64,000 bases of DNA from Octopus vulgaris. Taxonomy: Eukaryota. How positions within the stretch are numbered: the stretch's first letter is position 1; the number at the start of each line of letters is the position of its first letter. The DNA is taken from positions 3,596,001 to 3,660,000 of the forward strand of contig OX597824.1 of NCBI GenBank assembly GCA_951406725.2, read 5' to 3'. Shown here one piece after another: positions 1-14,087 of this stretch. The notes beneath the pieces are model-generated. The model was not told the DNA's origin, did no database searches, and saw only the letters and a program-made list of their open reading frames with translations. The position numbers and the translations under genes were made by a program.

Positions 1-48
1 TACATACATACATACACACACACAAACATATATGTATGTGTGCCTGTC

Positions 49-89
<41 letters not shown>

Positions 90-519
90 ATGTGTGTACA
101 CACACACACACACACACGCGTGCATAGATAGGGAAAATCAGCCTCAGTCCTCTGAAACAATAAAAGACAAAGTTGACCCTGGTGAGATTTGAACTCAGAA
201 AGCATAGAACTGGAAGAAATACTGCAAAGTATCCTCTCTGGTGGTCTGACCATTCAGCTAATTCACCACCAGAAAGACAAAATATATTATGGAAACACAA
301 CTCGTTAGGGGTGATTGAAAAGCCTGAAGTTTTTTGTATATTATTTTCATGAAGCATGGCTGTGTGGTTGAGAAGTTTACTTCCTCACCATGAGGTTTTG
401 GGTTCAGTCTCATTGCACAGCACCTTTTAGGCAAGAGAAAAGCAGATAGGAAGTACTGGTGAGAAGTGGAGGGGGTCAGGGTCATGGTGTTGATAGTGGC
501 AGCAGTGCCAGTGCTGATG

Positions 520-578
520 ATAGTGGTGATCATCATCATCATCCTCATCATCATCATCATCAACATCATCATCAACAA

Positions 579-630
<52 letters not shown>
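520..630. repeat. (ATC)n microsatellite; representative of very many (TA)n, (TG)n, (GA)n, (TAA)n tracts
   Basis: Direct reading. Confidence 0.95.
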
Positions 631-633
<3 letters not shown>

Positions 634-2029
634 CTCTTGTTACATGAACAGACCTATGACCAAAAGCATTTTAGCTGAGAGCAACCTGTCCCTTATGGCC
701 ACCATTTCTGAACCACATTGTTCAATGTATCCTTCCTTTTTTATGATGATATTGTGAAAATTAACAGGAAGTTGACTGCTATTTCTAGTTGATCAAATAG
801 CTCTTTAGAGAAGTATGTAAATTACGAAATCCTTGATAATTTACAATAATCAACAATTTTTAGGCTATTTTCTGCTGTCATATTGAATTTTAATTAGATT
901 TGTTAACAATTATAAAAGACACTTCAATTTTCCATTGCTCCAGTCCTAGCTGTAAATATACTCTTTCCCTTTTTTTCCCTTTTTTAATGAGAGGATGCAT
1001 TACCCATCACCAAGGCCTTTAGGTCTATCGGGGGTGAAGGAGGAATACGTACTCACCATGAAATAGGAACAGCTCACTATCTGTAGCACTGAGAAAGATT
1101 ATATTGTTCTTTCTTTTTATATACTTAGAACACCCAAGGCCTCCTGCAGCCTGTGGTAAATGAGATGCTAATTAACTTGATGAAAAATTAACTTGAATTT
1201 TTTTTTTAATAGTGCAGCCCACGTGATGAGGAACCATGACATGTGGTCTGCTTCTTATAAATAGTTGCCCATTCCTGATTTTAAATTTACAGGGATTTAG
1301 GAAGACCTCAAGTAATCTCACTGTTGGAGCTGAGGAAGTCTGCAAGTTATCCAACTACTGAATTTAGGGAAAACCTCAACTTGTCATATTGCTGGACTTT
1401 AGGAAGAACCCAGTTTATGCCAATTGCTGAGCCAAGATCTTTGTCTATCCAAAAGCTGAATGTCAGAAAGATCTCAAGATATCCAGTTACTGGACTTTAG
1501 GAAGACTGGCAAAATATTTCAAGAGAGAGAAACATTTCAGATAGGTAATATACCAAAAGCTATTTGGAAGATTCTCTTGCGATGTCCAACTCTTCCTGGT
1601 CAAACATCAACTCACCATCTTTAGGAAGTGATCTCACGCACCCTAAGTAAATTATAAGAATATAGACTTTGATATACTTACATTCTTCATTGACCCAGTC
1701 CTAGCTGTAAATAGACTCTTGCCTTTTCTTTTTCATCTTTATATCCTTAACTACTTTATCTACCAGGGTACTGTCGGTTTGGATAGCTGGTCCTTCAATT
1801 GGGTCAACATTTCACAAATTCTCCACCTCCCAGTCATTCTCTACATTCAGTCTTTTATGATGGCATCTCCAAGCCTCTTCCTTTGCAGAATCATTAATGC
1901 AAATGCACCATCATCCTTACAGACACATTTCTCTCCTATGATATTATCATTTTCTCTCTCACAGTCTTGCAATCCAAAATACTTCAGTTTTTTGGTCCTC
2001 ACATCACCAAACATTGGCAAACATTCAAA

Positions 2030-2234
2030 ATGTGACCGCGTGTGTATCGCTGGCGATTTTTTTCCTCCGTCTTCCCTTTCTTGGATCTTTCCTTTTCCTA
2101 TGTTTCTAACGAAGAGCTCCGCTCGAAACGTTAAACCCTCCTTCTTTCTTTCCTTTCCTGAGCGTCCAATAACACTATACTTGTTCCATGTCCTCTCGTT
2201 GTTGTATTTCCTCTTTGTGTTTTCATGTTTGGAT

Positions 2235-2240
<6 letters not shown>
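2030..2240 (+). mobile_element. PLE pLTR-type fragment with minimal hammerhead motif (2102-2136)
   Basis: GTTT-CTAACGA-A-GAGCtccGCTC-GAAA-CGTT-A-AAC; one core change (CTGA to CTAA); palindromic stem III AACGTT. Confidence 0.65.
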
Positions 2241-2306
<66 letters not shown>

Positions 2307-2554
2307 TACCTCCACCATCACTTGACAACCAATGTTGGTGTGTTTACATCCCTGTAACTCAGCTGTTTGGCAAAACATACTGGTAGAATAGGTATTAGGC
2401 TTACAAAGAATAAATCCTGGAGGCGATTTTTTTGACCAAAAATGGTGCTCCAGCATGGCTGCAGTCACATGACCAAAACAAGTAAAACAATAAAAAACTA
2501 TGCCATGTTAATCTTGAGCAATGCTGGGTATCTCTGCTAACATATATATATATA

Positions 2555-2772
2555 TACTCTTTTACTCTTTTACTTGTTTCAGTCATTTGACTGCGGCCAT
2601 GCTGGAGCACTGCCTTTAGTCAAGCCAATCGACCCCAGGACTTATTCTTTGTAAGCCTAGTACTTATTCTATTGATCTATTTTGCTGAATTGCTAGGTTA
2701 CAGGAACGTAAACACACCAGCATCAGTTGTCAAGCAATGTTGGTGGGGACAAACACAGGCACACAAACATAT

Positions 2773-2847
<75 letters not shown>

Positions 2848-3012
2848 TATGACAGACTTCTTTCAGTTTCTGCCTACCAGATCCATTCACAAGGATTTGG
2901 TTGGCTCAAGGCTATAGTAGAAGACACTCGCCCAAGGTGCCACACAGTGGGAATGAACCCGAAACCATGTGGTAGTTAAGAAAGCTACTTACCACACAAC
3001 CACTCCTGCACC
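2555..3012 (-). mobile_element. tRNA-derived SINE family A (CORE-like, internal TA microsatellite)
   Basis: Reverse complement of the 18618-19030 element. Confidence 0.85.
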
Positions 3013-3033
3013 TATATAAGATATATATATATA

Positions 3034-3109
<76 letters not shown>

Positions 3110-3408
3110 GAAATTTATAGGAAAACAAAAGACAAAGACAGGTGTATGAACAACAAGCAAGTGTATTAGTTTGATGCTTGGGAAAAATTTGGTAGAATTC
3201 GACAGGAGAAACAGAACTTAATATATGAGAATATTTATACTTTTTTATAATTTTTAGCCTGGAGAAAGTTACAAAAGTGTTTCAAGTGTTGAGAGTTTGG
3301 TCAGTTTGATAAGTGCCAGACACAGAACTCTCTGCTTCTGAGTCACACTTGTGACTCTCTGCCAATTAAAGAATAATAAAAAGTGTGTATATATATGTGT
3401 GTGTGTGT

Positions 3409-3450
<42 letters not shown>

Positions 3451-3929
3451 GCATACATATATACACACACACACACACAAGCACACACACAAATATGTAT
3501 ATGTAAAGATATGGAAATGAATATGAACATATATAAATATATATATGTATGCATATATACATATATATACCATTTATACGCATATAATCTACACACACAC
3601 AATTTAATGAAATCTATTATTTTTATTTTTCTATAGAGAAAAAATGACCGTACAAGAAGATGCAAGACATGATGAGAACAGTGTGGAAGACGGAGCAATA
3701 ACTCGAAGCATATTGCCTCTGACTTATGTCTAAATATGACTGAATGAGATTTGAACCTGTCATTCAACCAAACGTTAATGTTTGACAGAGTCAAATATCA
3801 ACTACTGAATGCAACGATTTCAGTAGTTTTGCTCCAATGTATCTTAGGTTTACTGCATGTGACTTTTTTGCAGCCTCAGTTTTCATAGCATATCAGACCT
3901 TTTCATTTTAATATATATACATATATATA

Positions 3930-4185
3930 TATTACAGAGATGTACTTGCATAGCGAGTGACTTGATCTGAGATTGTGTGCTGGAACGAAAACAATTGCAG
4001 CATGGAAGGTGTTTATAAGCCATTTAAAAAACACACAAAACCGTTAGATTCCCTTCAACATTTAAATTTAATTTGCCAAAATAATTTCATCACTTTGACA
4101 TATTAAATTTAAATGTTGAAGTGAATCTAATGGTTTTGTGTGTTTTTTAAATGGCTTATAAACACCTTCCATGCTGCAATTGTTT
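3930..4185. mobile_element. Fold-back element, same family as 19905-20240 (centre deleted)
   Basis: Same leader attacagagatgtacttgcatagc and inverted arms. Confidence 0.8.
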
Positions 4186-5360
4186 ATATATATATATATG
4201 TATGTATATGTATACACACACACACATATATACTTACATATTTTATTCTGACAGCTTTTCTTGTGTTACTAATTATAGTTATTAGTAATACAGTATGATC
4301 AACTACTAACAGCCTTACTGTATACTAACCTTTAATTTTAGGAATTAGTGATTTCTTGTTTATCATTTAGAAAGTTTAATAGAGAACTGGATTCAGTTAA
4401 AAACGAAATTCTGAATGGATTTGTCGGGAGATTTGTTGGGAGATTTCTGCATGATTTATAAATGAATTTTAGTTCATTGTTCAAAATATCTTCTTTCTAT
4501 GATAAAAATAAGAATTGGATTGAGATTGGTAAAATGTGAGACAAAATGTTATGCAGTATTTAGTTATGTCCCTTAGCTTTCTGAGTTCAAATCCCACGAA
4601 GGTCAGCTGGTGCCACTTTGGTGTGCAGTTTACTTGGCCATCTACATTTTAGGGTGCAGTCTAACCCTAAACCCTAAATCCTAATGCTAAACTTTAAAAT
4701 TAAACCCTAATCCCTAACACTAACCCTACCACTAATCCAGAACAGATCATTTCACAGTGTAGGCTATAAATGCTGGACATGCTAAAATAGCAATGGTCAG
4801 CTTCACTGTTTATCTTCCCAAGACTGATGAAATAAATTCCAGTTAATTACTGGTACTGATATAATTGATTATAAACCTTCTTCCAAACATGAGGTCATGT
4901 GATGTATTACAAATCAAAATATACAGCACAAACGATCACAACCTCTACTTACGTCTGCTTTAACAACATATCCTAATTGTGTAAGAGCCACTTAAACACA
5001 AAATATAACTGAAATAAAGCAATTCTCTTCTTCAAAGCAAATAGCACCACTTGAGAAGTGCTTTAACTTTGACACCTCTTCACCACCACCAAAAAAAGCA
5101 TAACATATTTCAAGTGTCACCAATAAAAATGCCATTTAGAGATGGACATCTCCCTGATGACCACTTTTCAGTGTAAAATAAAATAAACCTTAGGTGTAGA
5201 TGTGGAGAGTTTTCTTAAGAAATTTGCTTTTCCGACTGTACAGTTTTGAGTTGAGTTCTATTGTGTTGCATCTTGGACATCTTTTGCCCTGTAATTCGAC
5301 CAAAGCCTTGTGTGTGAATTTGGTAGACAGAAACTGAGAGAAGCTTGTCATGTGCATATG

Positions 5361-5407
<47 letters not shown>

Positions 5408-6556
5408 GTGTATGCATGTGTGAGTGTGTGTATATTTGTGTCTCCTTGCCTTGATACTGCATGACTGATTTAGTGAATGCCATTCCTTTTCAGTATTCTA
5501 TGAAAACATGCTTTTAGAATTAAACTAGTATTCTGGTGTTGTCAAAAATGACAATCAGGTTATTTATTTTTACATTTGTTTTGCCATGCTGGTATGGGTT
5601 AGACATATAGAGAGAGATTGTTTGACAGCCAGATATCCCTGTTGTCACTAAACTTTACTTGTTTTTGAGGTCAGGGGTCCCTTATTTTACATGTCCTTGA
5701 AAGGTACAATGCCAGTGGATGATTTGTTGAGAAGAAGTAACTGCTTGTTGTTCATGGTCTTTGGAGAATATGTTAATGAACAATACACACACACATTCAT
5801 TTGCATGTATGCATATATACATACATACATTATCATCATCATCATCATTTAGCATCCATTTGTCCTTGCTGGCATGAGTTGGACGATTTGACAAGGGCTG
5901 GTAAACTGAGAGGTTCCACCAGAATCCAGCCTGATATGGCCTGGTTTCTATGGCTGGATGCCCTCCCTAACGCTAACCACTGTGAGAGTGTAATGGGTGG
6001 TTTTACATGCCATTGGCACCGGTGCCAATTGCATATCACCTGTATCTGCCATTTCACTACGATTTCACTCGTCTTGAAGGTTCTTCCTTCTCATATTAAC
6101 AAATGTCTCGGTCATTTCTCATTGCCACCATGGGGCCCTAAACTTGAAAGTTCTTTTTATGTGCTACTGGCACAGGTGCTAGTTACATGGCACCAGCATC
6201 GACCACATTACCTCCATGAGGCCCAACACTTGAGAGGTGCTTTACACGTGCCACTGGCACAGGTGCCAATTGTGTGACACCAACAACAGCCATAACTATA
6301 ATTTCACACTTGGCTTGATGAGTCTTCTCAAGCACAGCATCAATATCCCAATCGATCATAATGTATTGTCCTTTTGTACACCCTGATGATTTTCCACCCA
6401 AGCTATTTTAAAATGCAAGATTATATATTGATGTATGCTTTTAATTTTAATTTTGCTTGAGAAAAGAAGCAACTTTAGGTGAAGATCTTAATTAATTAAT
6501 TTATTTATTTGTATCCATTGGATCTCTCTGTATTCAAACTTAGTAACCATAATATA

Positions 6557-6590
<34 letters not shown>

Positions 6591-6592
6591 TA

Positions 6593-6647
<55 letters not shown>

Positions 6648-8144
6648 ATGTATGTATACTGACACTCACACACACATTAGGTTCCTCTTAATTTCTGTCT
6701 ACAAATTATATTTAGAGGAATTAGTTGATCCAAAGCTCAGGAATGTTTTCCAGATAGAAAAAAACAATGACTTTATAGCATTAACTTATACTAGAGACAC
6801 ACACACACACACACAAATGTGTGTGTGTAAAAAGAGAGTGGAGGGGAGAAAGAGAGAGAGAGAGACATACTATATTATTTCATGATTATATTCAAAAGGA
6901 AAATAAGAGAACTGAATGGAAGACACAACTTTCATTTTAGATGGAGGTGTAAAGGCGATCACTTATGTTACCCTCGCTGAGTCTTATGTATAAATTACTC
7001 AGCAGCTGCATTTTCTGTCAATGAAACCTGCCACTCCCAGAATGTTAGCACCTCATCTTTCCACTCCCTTTCATTTTACATCTTCCACCTTTTATTCGTT
7101 TCATAGATATTGACTTCATTCTTCCACTCAGTTTCATTTTACTTCTACTGACACTTTCTGCTTTTCTATTTATCATTTGATGGCATTCTACTTCCACATT
7201 GTCTTGTTAATATGACAGATAATCTATTTTACGTATTTTCACTTTACTTCTCCTACTATTACTCACTCACTCTCTATTTGTCATTTAACAGCCACCCCCA
7301 ACTTCTACACCATTTCATTGGCATGACAACAAATTAATTAATGCACATTACTAGTTGAGGAACTTTTGGAGTTGTCTCCCTTTATAATATTATCTAACTC
7401 CAAACATATTTTTTTATAATCACTGCTTTTAATCCAATTATGGTTATATCTGATGTTGAAAACATTGGAAATAATGAAACTCACCGTTTTATAGAGATTT
7501 TGGTTCAACATTGATAACTGTAGATTCAATTTCACCTTCAAGTGACTCTTTGATCTTCAAGGCATTCAGCAGGTTTCCATTTGTTTCACCTATACCTTCT
7601 TCTTTGGCTTTCTGTCAGAATTCAACATTAACCGTTCTTGTTTAACGATCATCTCTGGCAGTCTTGCACGTGGGCCACAAGGCCTGCTCTTCATCTGCAG
7701 CAGCAGTGACATCTGCTGCCACAGATGAAGTTGCTTGATGTAACAGAGATGTGCCCTTTCACATTCTCTCCGTTGTTTCTCCTCAATGGCTGGAATTACA
7801 AGCTTCGGTTGTTGGTGCCGTTCATTGTGCTACAGGACCTTCTCCTCCTGGGTGTCTCGGGAGATGCCGAAGAGTTCTTCATATATGAAATATTGATTAT
7901 GGAAATAGTAGATTGTACCAAAACCAGGCTACATTTAACACTTCATCCATGCTGATGAAAATATGGATGCTTAAAAGCATTTTTCTATACTTTAATGTGA
8001 AACATATAGAAACTACTTTATCATTTGAAACAGAGATATCAATTTATATTATACAAAAGTTAGTTACTTACAAAACATGGCATACATATATACTAACAGA
8101 ATATATATACGTATACACACACACATATATATACATATATACAG

Positions 8145-8236
<92 letters not shown>

Positions 8237-9384
8237 TCTATTTAAAGAGAATAATAAACCAAATGGAACTTATCTGGGTTTAAAATTTACAATAAACATT
8301 ACGTTAACATCCATACTTGCAGGCTTACACACACACACACACACTAGACCATGGTTATGTAAGAAAGGTATCATGATACAGTCTCTATGAATTATGTTGG
8401 CATTATAAACAAATATATGTTGGTGACATCATATGTAAAACAAATACGATCACTTGAGCAGAATTTAATTGTGCTACTAAATATATGCAGTCTCATGAAT
8501 TTATATACACCAACCTTCTCTGTGTAGAAAATATATATATATTGTCCAACCCATGCTAGCATGGAGAACGGACGTTAAACGACGATGATGATGATGATGA
8601 TGATACAATATCCTAAAAGCGAGCTCTAATCCTAAAAGCTGTTGGTTCCTGCATATATTGCCAGTCATGGACATAGATCACAAAGATACATTGCAATGAT
8701 ACCCATGGTTCTGTGACCTTGCTGAATGGTAATGCCTGGAATTTTTTCAGCTTTCAGCTAAATGTTTTCTTTAAATCTTTAAACAAGTGAAGGGTGGAAA
8801 CATTATTTACCAAAAGCAATATGATACTTATGCATTTGTCGAGGACTGAAATAAAATCATTTCTCAAGTTGAAAGAAAGCAGACTAGAAAACATTTCCAT
8901 CTGTTTTAGATCTTTCATCAGGGCTGCCACATTGGCCGGGTTTCCTACACAATGTTAGTGTCTATTAACACCCTTTGCTCCCCACCCCAACTGCTCATAT
9001 GAAATTTTGTTATCCCCCACCTCACTCTTGTGTGTTGAAGTGCAGCACCATTCCTATTGAGAGGCCGTTCCAGCAACTCTGCCAAATTGTTACTGGAACT
9101 TTATTGACCATCAGTCACATGACACTAAAATAACAGAAATACTCTCAAACCATCCTGTCCATGCCATCTTGGAAGATGATAATAATCAAGGGTTCTAATC
9201 ACATCACTAGTATTTTAGTATTTCACTGGACAGGGTCCAATATTCTAAATTACCTCAGTTTATCTGGACATTTAAAAGAGTTGATGGATGTTTTATAGGA
9301 AATTTGCTTGCTATAAACTTGGAATTCTATCTTTGTCTCTCATCCATGTAACACTTAAAATTAGAGTAAGTGTTAATATTATGG

Positions 9385-9830
9385 ATCATCATCATCATCA
9401 TCATCGTTTAACATCCGCTTTCCATGCTAGCATGGGTTGGACGATTTTGACTGAGAGCTGGCAAACCAGATGGCTGCACCAGGCTCCAATCTTTATCTGG
9501 CAGAGTTTCTACAGCTGGATGCCCTTCCTCTCCGAGAGTGTAGTGGGTGCTTTTTACGTGCCACTGGCATGGAGGCCAGTCAGGCGGTACTGGCAATGAC
9601 CTCGCTCGAATCTTTTTACACATGCCACCGGCACAGGTGCCAGTAAGGCGACGTTGGTAACGATCACGCTCGAATGGTGCCCTTTTACGTGCTACCAGCA
9701 CGGAGGCCAGATAGCCACTTCGGCAACGATCACGCTCAGATGGTGCTCTTGGCACCCTACTAGCATGGGGCTCGAATGCCAGTAAGGTGACGCTGGTAAT
9801 GATCACACTCGAATGGTGCCCTTTTATGGA
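9385..9830 (-). mobile_element. SINE family B (RTE-type (GAT)n tail, internal ~60-bp tandem repeats); further copies near 5830, 15380, 16513, 29948, 31448, 31862, 35158, 42997, 43760, 44690, 50145, 57055
   Basis: Recurrent catcatcgtttaacgtccgctttccatgctagcatgggttggacg...ggtgctttttacgtgccaccggcac. Confidence 0.85.
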
Positions 9831-10077
9831 TAACTATAATTATTTAATCCTATAATAGCAATTTATTTAATCGACATTTCTCTTTTTATTTTTTTTTATT
9901 TCCTTTGCATGATGCATTGTTGGTTTTTACTTTTTGTTCTTGAAATTTATTTAAAAATAATTTGCTTATGTTTGACATGTCATATGTTTGTTTTGTTTGG
10001 GATTTTTTATAAATCATTAAATTTATAATAAACTTGAATATTCTTCAAAGATAATTTGCTTTATTCTTTATAGAATA

Positions 10078-10310
10078 AAGGCGGCAAGCTGGCAGAAATG
10101 TTAGCATGCCGGGCGAAATGCGTAACCATATTTCGTCTGCCGTTACGTTCTGAGTTCAAATTCTGCCGAGGTCGACTTTGCCTTTCATCCTTTCGGGGTC
10201 GATAAATTAAGTACCAGTTGAACACTGGGGTCGATGTAATCAACTTAATCCGATTGTCTGTCCTTGTTTGTCCCCTCTGTGTTTATCCCCTTGTGGGTAA
10301 TAAAGAAACA
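10078..10310 (+). mobile_element. tRNA-derived SINE family C with Nin/Deu-like domain; further copies near 15910, 16268, 17318, 26640, 28130, 55146, 62193
   Basis: A-box tggcagaaa, B-box gagttcaaattc, gcctttcatcctttcggggtcgataaa; flanking direct repeat agataatttg.tttattctttat. Confidence 0.85.
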
Positions 10311-11428
10311 GATAATTTGTTTTATTCTTTATGTATATAAGTAAACTAACCATCCATCCACCCATTCAACTATTTTTCTACCCATCCTCTTATCCAGCCA
10401 CTCATATTTATACAGTCACTCATCAATCCATTAAGCCATGCACTCATCCATCAATTCACCCATCCACCCATACATCCAGCCACCTGTCCATTCATCCACC
10501 CATATATACACCAGCCCATTTATCAACCCACCTACATATCAAACCATAATATCAATTCATTCATTCATCCGTCCGTCCTCCTATCTTCCCATCTGTCTGC
10601 CTGTCTGAGTATACTTACCACCTATACCCATTCATCCACCCACCAGCTTATCCATCTGTACTCCCTCCTATCCCTCCACTGGTCCCTCGATCCAAAATTC
10701 TCACCAATGAAACCACCCAACCATAATATCTTTACTTAGAAATTCAGTTCAATACATACCAAATGCAACCTGACAAAAAAACAGACCAGGAGTCTTGGCC
10801 TTCCAAAACACAAACATTAGATTAAATCTGGTGAACAGAACACCAAAGCAAATTAAAAATGCATCTTCGTCAATCAGCAAATACAAGTAAAACAAACATC
10901 ATACCAAAAGAAATAACCAATTACAAGGCAGGAAAATAAAAGCCAATCAGTAAAAGCTAAAAGCAAACTAATGAACATGCAAGAGACTACAGCAACATCA
11001 ATGAATGTAAGGTACAAAAGCAGTTTGTATCAGTTCTCACCTGAAGATTGTTATGCCATAAAACTTGAGTCACAAGATAAACATTCAATCTCAACAAAAT
11101 ATACTGAGCTCTTCTTTTTTTTTTACTTGTTTGATATAATTCAATATTTGAATATATAAGTATTTAAATATGCAGGGTTGTTGCTATCCTAAAGCTTGAT
11201 TTTAATAAAACAACAAATTATGTTAACATTCTTTGTTTTTATTGCTCTCTACATTTCTATTGAGTACTTTTTCTCCAAATTGTTACATGCACAGCAACGG
11301 TATGTAATTGTATATATATATATATATTGATAAAAATGGTAAGACAACAAAGGAATGAAAGAGACCTCGATATTATGTAAATAGAGGAATTTATCTGTAA
11401 ATGTAATATGTGACAATTATTCGGTAGC

Positions 11429-11486
<58 letters not shown>

Positions 11487-11490
<4 letters not shown>

Positions 11491-11960
11491 GGACCAGTGC
11501 GCTGCAGTGATGACAGATTTTCAGGCAAAGGACACCACAATTAATGAGGTATATTATGCTTCTCTGCTGACCAAAGGAATCCGCCTCTTCCAAGACAACA
11601 TCCCAGTTCACAATGCTCATGTTGCCCAGATGAAAGCACAGTCCTGCACCTATGAAATCTTTCCTCATCCCCCTTACTCTCTGACCTGACTTCCACCTCT
11701 TTCCAGCCATGATGTCTTTTTTGAAGGGGAAGCACTTTTCGAATGATGATGATGAACTTATTTCCAAGATAAAGTCTTGGCTCCAGATGCAATATACAGA
11801 TACTTCTACAGATGAGATTTTCTCAGCTGCCTAAAACGATGGGAGAAGTGTGTCACCATTGGTGGTGGCTATGTAGAGAAGGTCTAATAATTATGCTAAA
11901 TTTCGTTTATCCCAGTCTTTGGGAAGTGGTCAGGGAAATCTTTAATGAACACTCCTTGTC
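11487..11960 (+). mobile_element. Decayed mariner (DD34D) transposase 3' part
   Basis: QDN.PVH, HPPYS, FHLF, KRWEKCVTIGGGYVEK motifs across frameshifts. Confidence 0.8.
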
Positions 11961-12220
11961 TTAGACAAAAATATTGTTAACAGGGACTTTGAAGTTTTGG
12001 CAACTAAGCCATCTTCAGACTGTCAGCAACATTCTTGTTTAAGATTAATAGATTTGTACTCTACCAAAGTATAGAGTACCCCATTAGATTAATATAAAAG
12101 TGCTTTTATTCTAACTGAGCATAAAAACCAACATTAGTGTGTGTGTGTAGTGGGAATTTGAATTGTATTCCTTATAATACTAACGCTGAGGCAATGCTTC
12201 TCTCTGATTTCTTCCAACAG

Positions 12221-12347
12221 CACATCCTACCTTTGAGTCAGTTTGAAGACCGAGATGACATAGATCATATGGTTGATTTAATGACAGACGATGATAAATC
12301 ATTTTGTGAATTATTCAATCTGCCTCTCAGTGAAAACCCTCTGCCAG
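12221..12347 (+). CDS. GRAMD4: GRAM domain-containing protein 4, internal exon (HILPLSQF...FCELFNLPLSENPLP); upstream exons not identified in the window
   Basis: Acceptor ttccaacAG|CAC, donor CCAG|GTAAGC; 127 nt, phase 0 to 1; FCELFNLPLSENPL resembles GRAMD4 FHEIFNLTENERPL as recalled. Confidence 0.9.
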
Positions 12348-12741
12348 GTAAGCATCATCTAAAATTCATTTTCTCTTCAAGTTCACATCTGCATTACCTG
12401 TTCTAGATTATTGAAACTCCTTATTCTACCTGCCTAGTTTTAGGGATAATGGTTGTAGATCATTGCCACCAGATCTTCCAGGAATATCTGAAACGATCCA
12501 TGCCCATCTCTCTTGACATCTCTTATTCACTCTCCCTGTCTTCCTCATTATGCTACTCTTCTTGTTCTTCCCTATTTGCCTCTGTAATTCTTTTTTTACC
12601 ATTTTCCTGCTGAAATACACTGCTTTTGTTTCGTTTAATTTAGAAAATAGGAAGAATTTAGTAAAATAACTTTGTCGTTATTAAACTGGTGTTTGGAACA
12701 AATTAAGCGTGAAAATTTGAAGGAGGGTTTTAATTTAAAAC

Positions 12742-12938
12742 ATGAACTTATTTCCGAGGCAAAGTCTTGGCTCCAGATGCAATCTACCGACTTCTACAGA
12801 TGAGGTCTTCACAACTGCATAAAACGATGAGAGAAGTGTCTCACCATTGGTGGTGACTACGTAGAGAATTATGTCAAGTTTCATCTATCTCAGCCCTCGG
12901 AAGTGGGTCGGGGAAATGCTTAATGAATGCCCCTCGTA
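12742..12938 (+). mobile_element. Second copy of the mariner 3' end with TIR
   Basis: Similar to 11752-11960; ends gcccctcgTA. Confidence 0.75.
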
Positions 12939-14087
12939 AGTCCTGTCTTTATTAAGCAATGCTTCAAGGAAACACTTTTAAAAATTGATGAGAAGTAAAT
13001 TCTTTGAGGATGATAGGTGATTGTTTAGAAATTCAATGATTTAATTAATAATTGTTTAAGAATGTGAAGCTATCTCTTATAGTCTTTAGAATAATTGATC
13101 ATTAATTGTTTGTCAGTGTTGTTATATCTTCACTGCGTATTTATTTGTAGCTTTTTTTTTTCTTTTTTAATGATCCTTGTTATATGTTGACACTAACTTC
13201 ATTATTTGTGGGAGGTTTTATGTAAATGGCATCGCTAAAGTGTTATTTTCCTTCACCATTAAAATGTACAATCTTGCGTTATCACTTAGCAATCTTTTCA
13301 TTACTATTTTGACAAATACAGTAAAATGTTTACTTGGGTAATGAGGCCAGTACAAGACCAAAAAATGTTTGGAATTGTCTCACGTGACATAATCGTTATT
13401 TTATGTCACATTTCCATGTTGGCATTCGTGAGTGAGAACTTATTGAAACTTATTGAGTTTTAGAATCAGATGTTCTTCCTGTCACCGACATTTATTTGTT
13501 TCTCAAGAATTTTTTTTCCACTGGTTTTTACATGTTTACTCTTGTTTTGATGTCATATTATGATTGCAAATGAACCTCACCATCATACCAGTGATGTTAT
13601 TCATTTCCTGTCCTCCATGGTGAAATATTACTTTGCTTGGAAACAAGAGAAGCATGGCAACAGGATGGCTATTGAGCCGTAAAAAATTTGCCTCTACACA
13701 TTCTATCTGGCCTGGTGCAAGCATGGAAAAAGAGATGTTGAAATGATATTGATGATGATGATGATAACAACAACGAGGATGATACATATTTGAAAAATAT
13801 TATAGAAAACAATTTTAGTGACATTTCAAATAATCATTCCTACAACTGTTTCAGTAATTCTTACGCATAACATTTACATCAACAGTTCTTGTCTCCAAAA
13901 CTTCACCTACATGGTACTGGTTGGCCCAAATCTAAAATCACAGTAACCATGTGATTGCAAAATGTACCTCACAAGCACAGAGCCATGTCTGATTCTTCAA
14001 CTTGCCAGAAATATAAAATAATATCTTTATTTTTTTCTTTATTGCATATTTATTTCTGATTCACTTTGCAGTGCTCCATGTATTATA

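Noticed and set aside
258-678. Poly-Met/His/Ile ORFs
   Set aside because: Translations of an (ATC)n microsatellite; the same applies to the many YIYI/VCVC/ERER ORFs
1719-2237. 172-aa hydrophobic ORF
   Set aside because: Pyrimidine-rich low-complexity sequence running through a PLE fragment; non-ATG start
4661-4737. Interstitial telomere / fusion scar
   Set aside because: Short, degenerate TAACCC-like run of a kind common inside repeats; no head-to-head junction
8910-8960. Extra GRAMD4 exon after ctgttttAG
   Set aside because: No GRAMD4-like residues or strong donor; overlaps a possible antisense hammerhead relic
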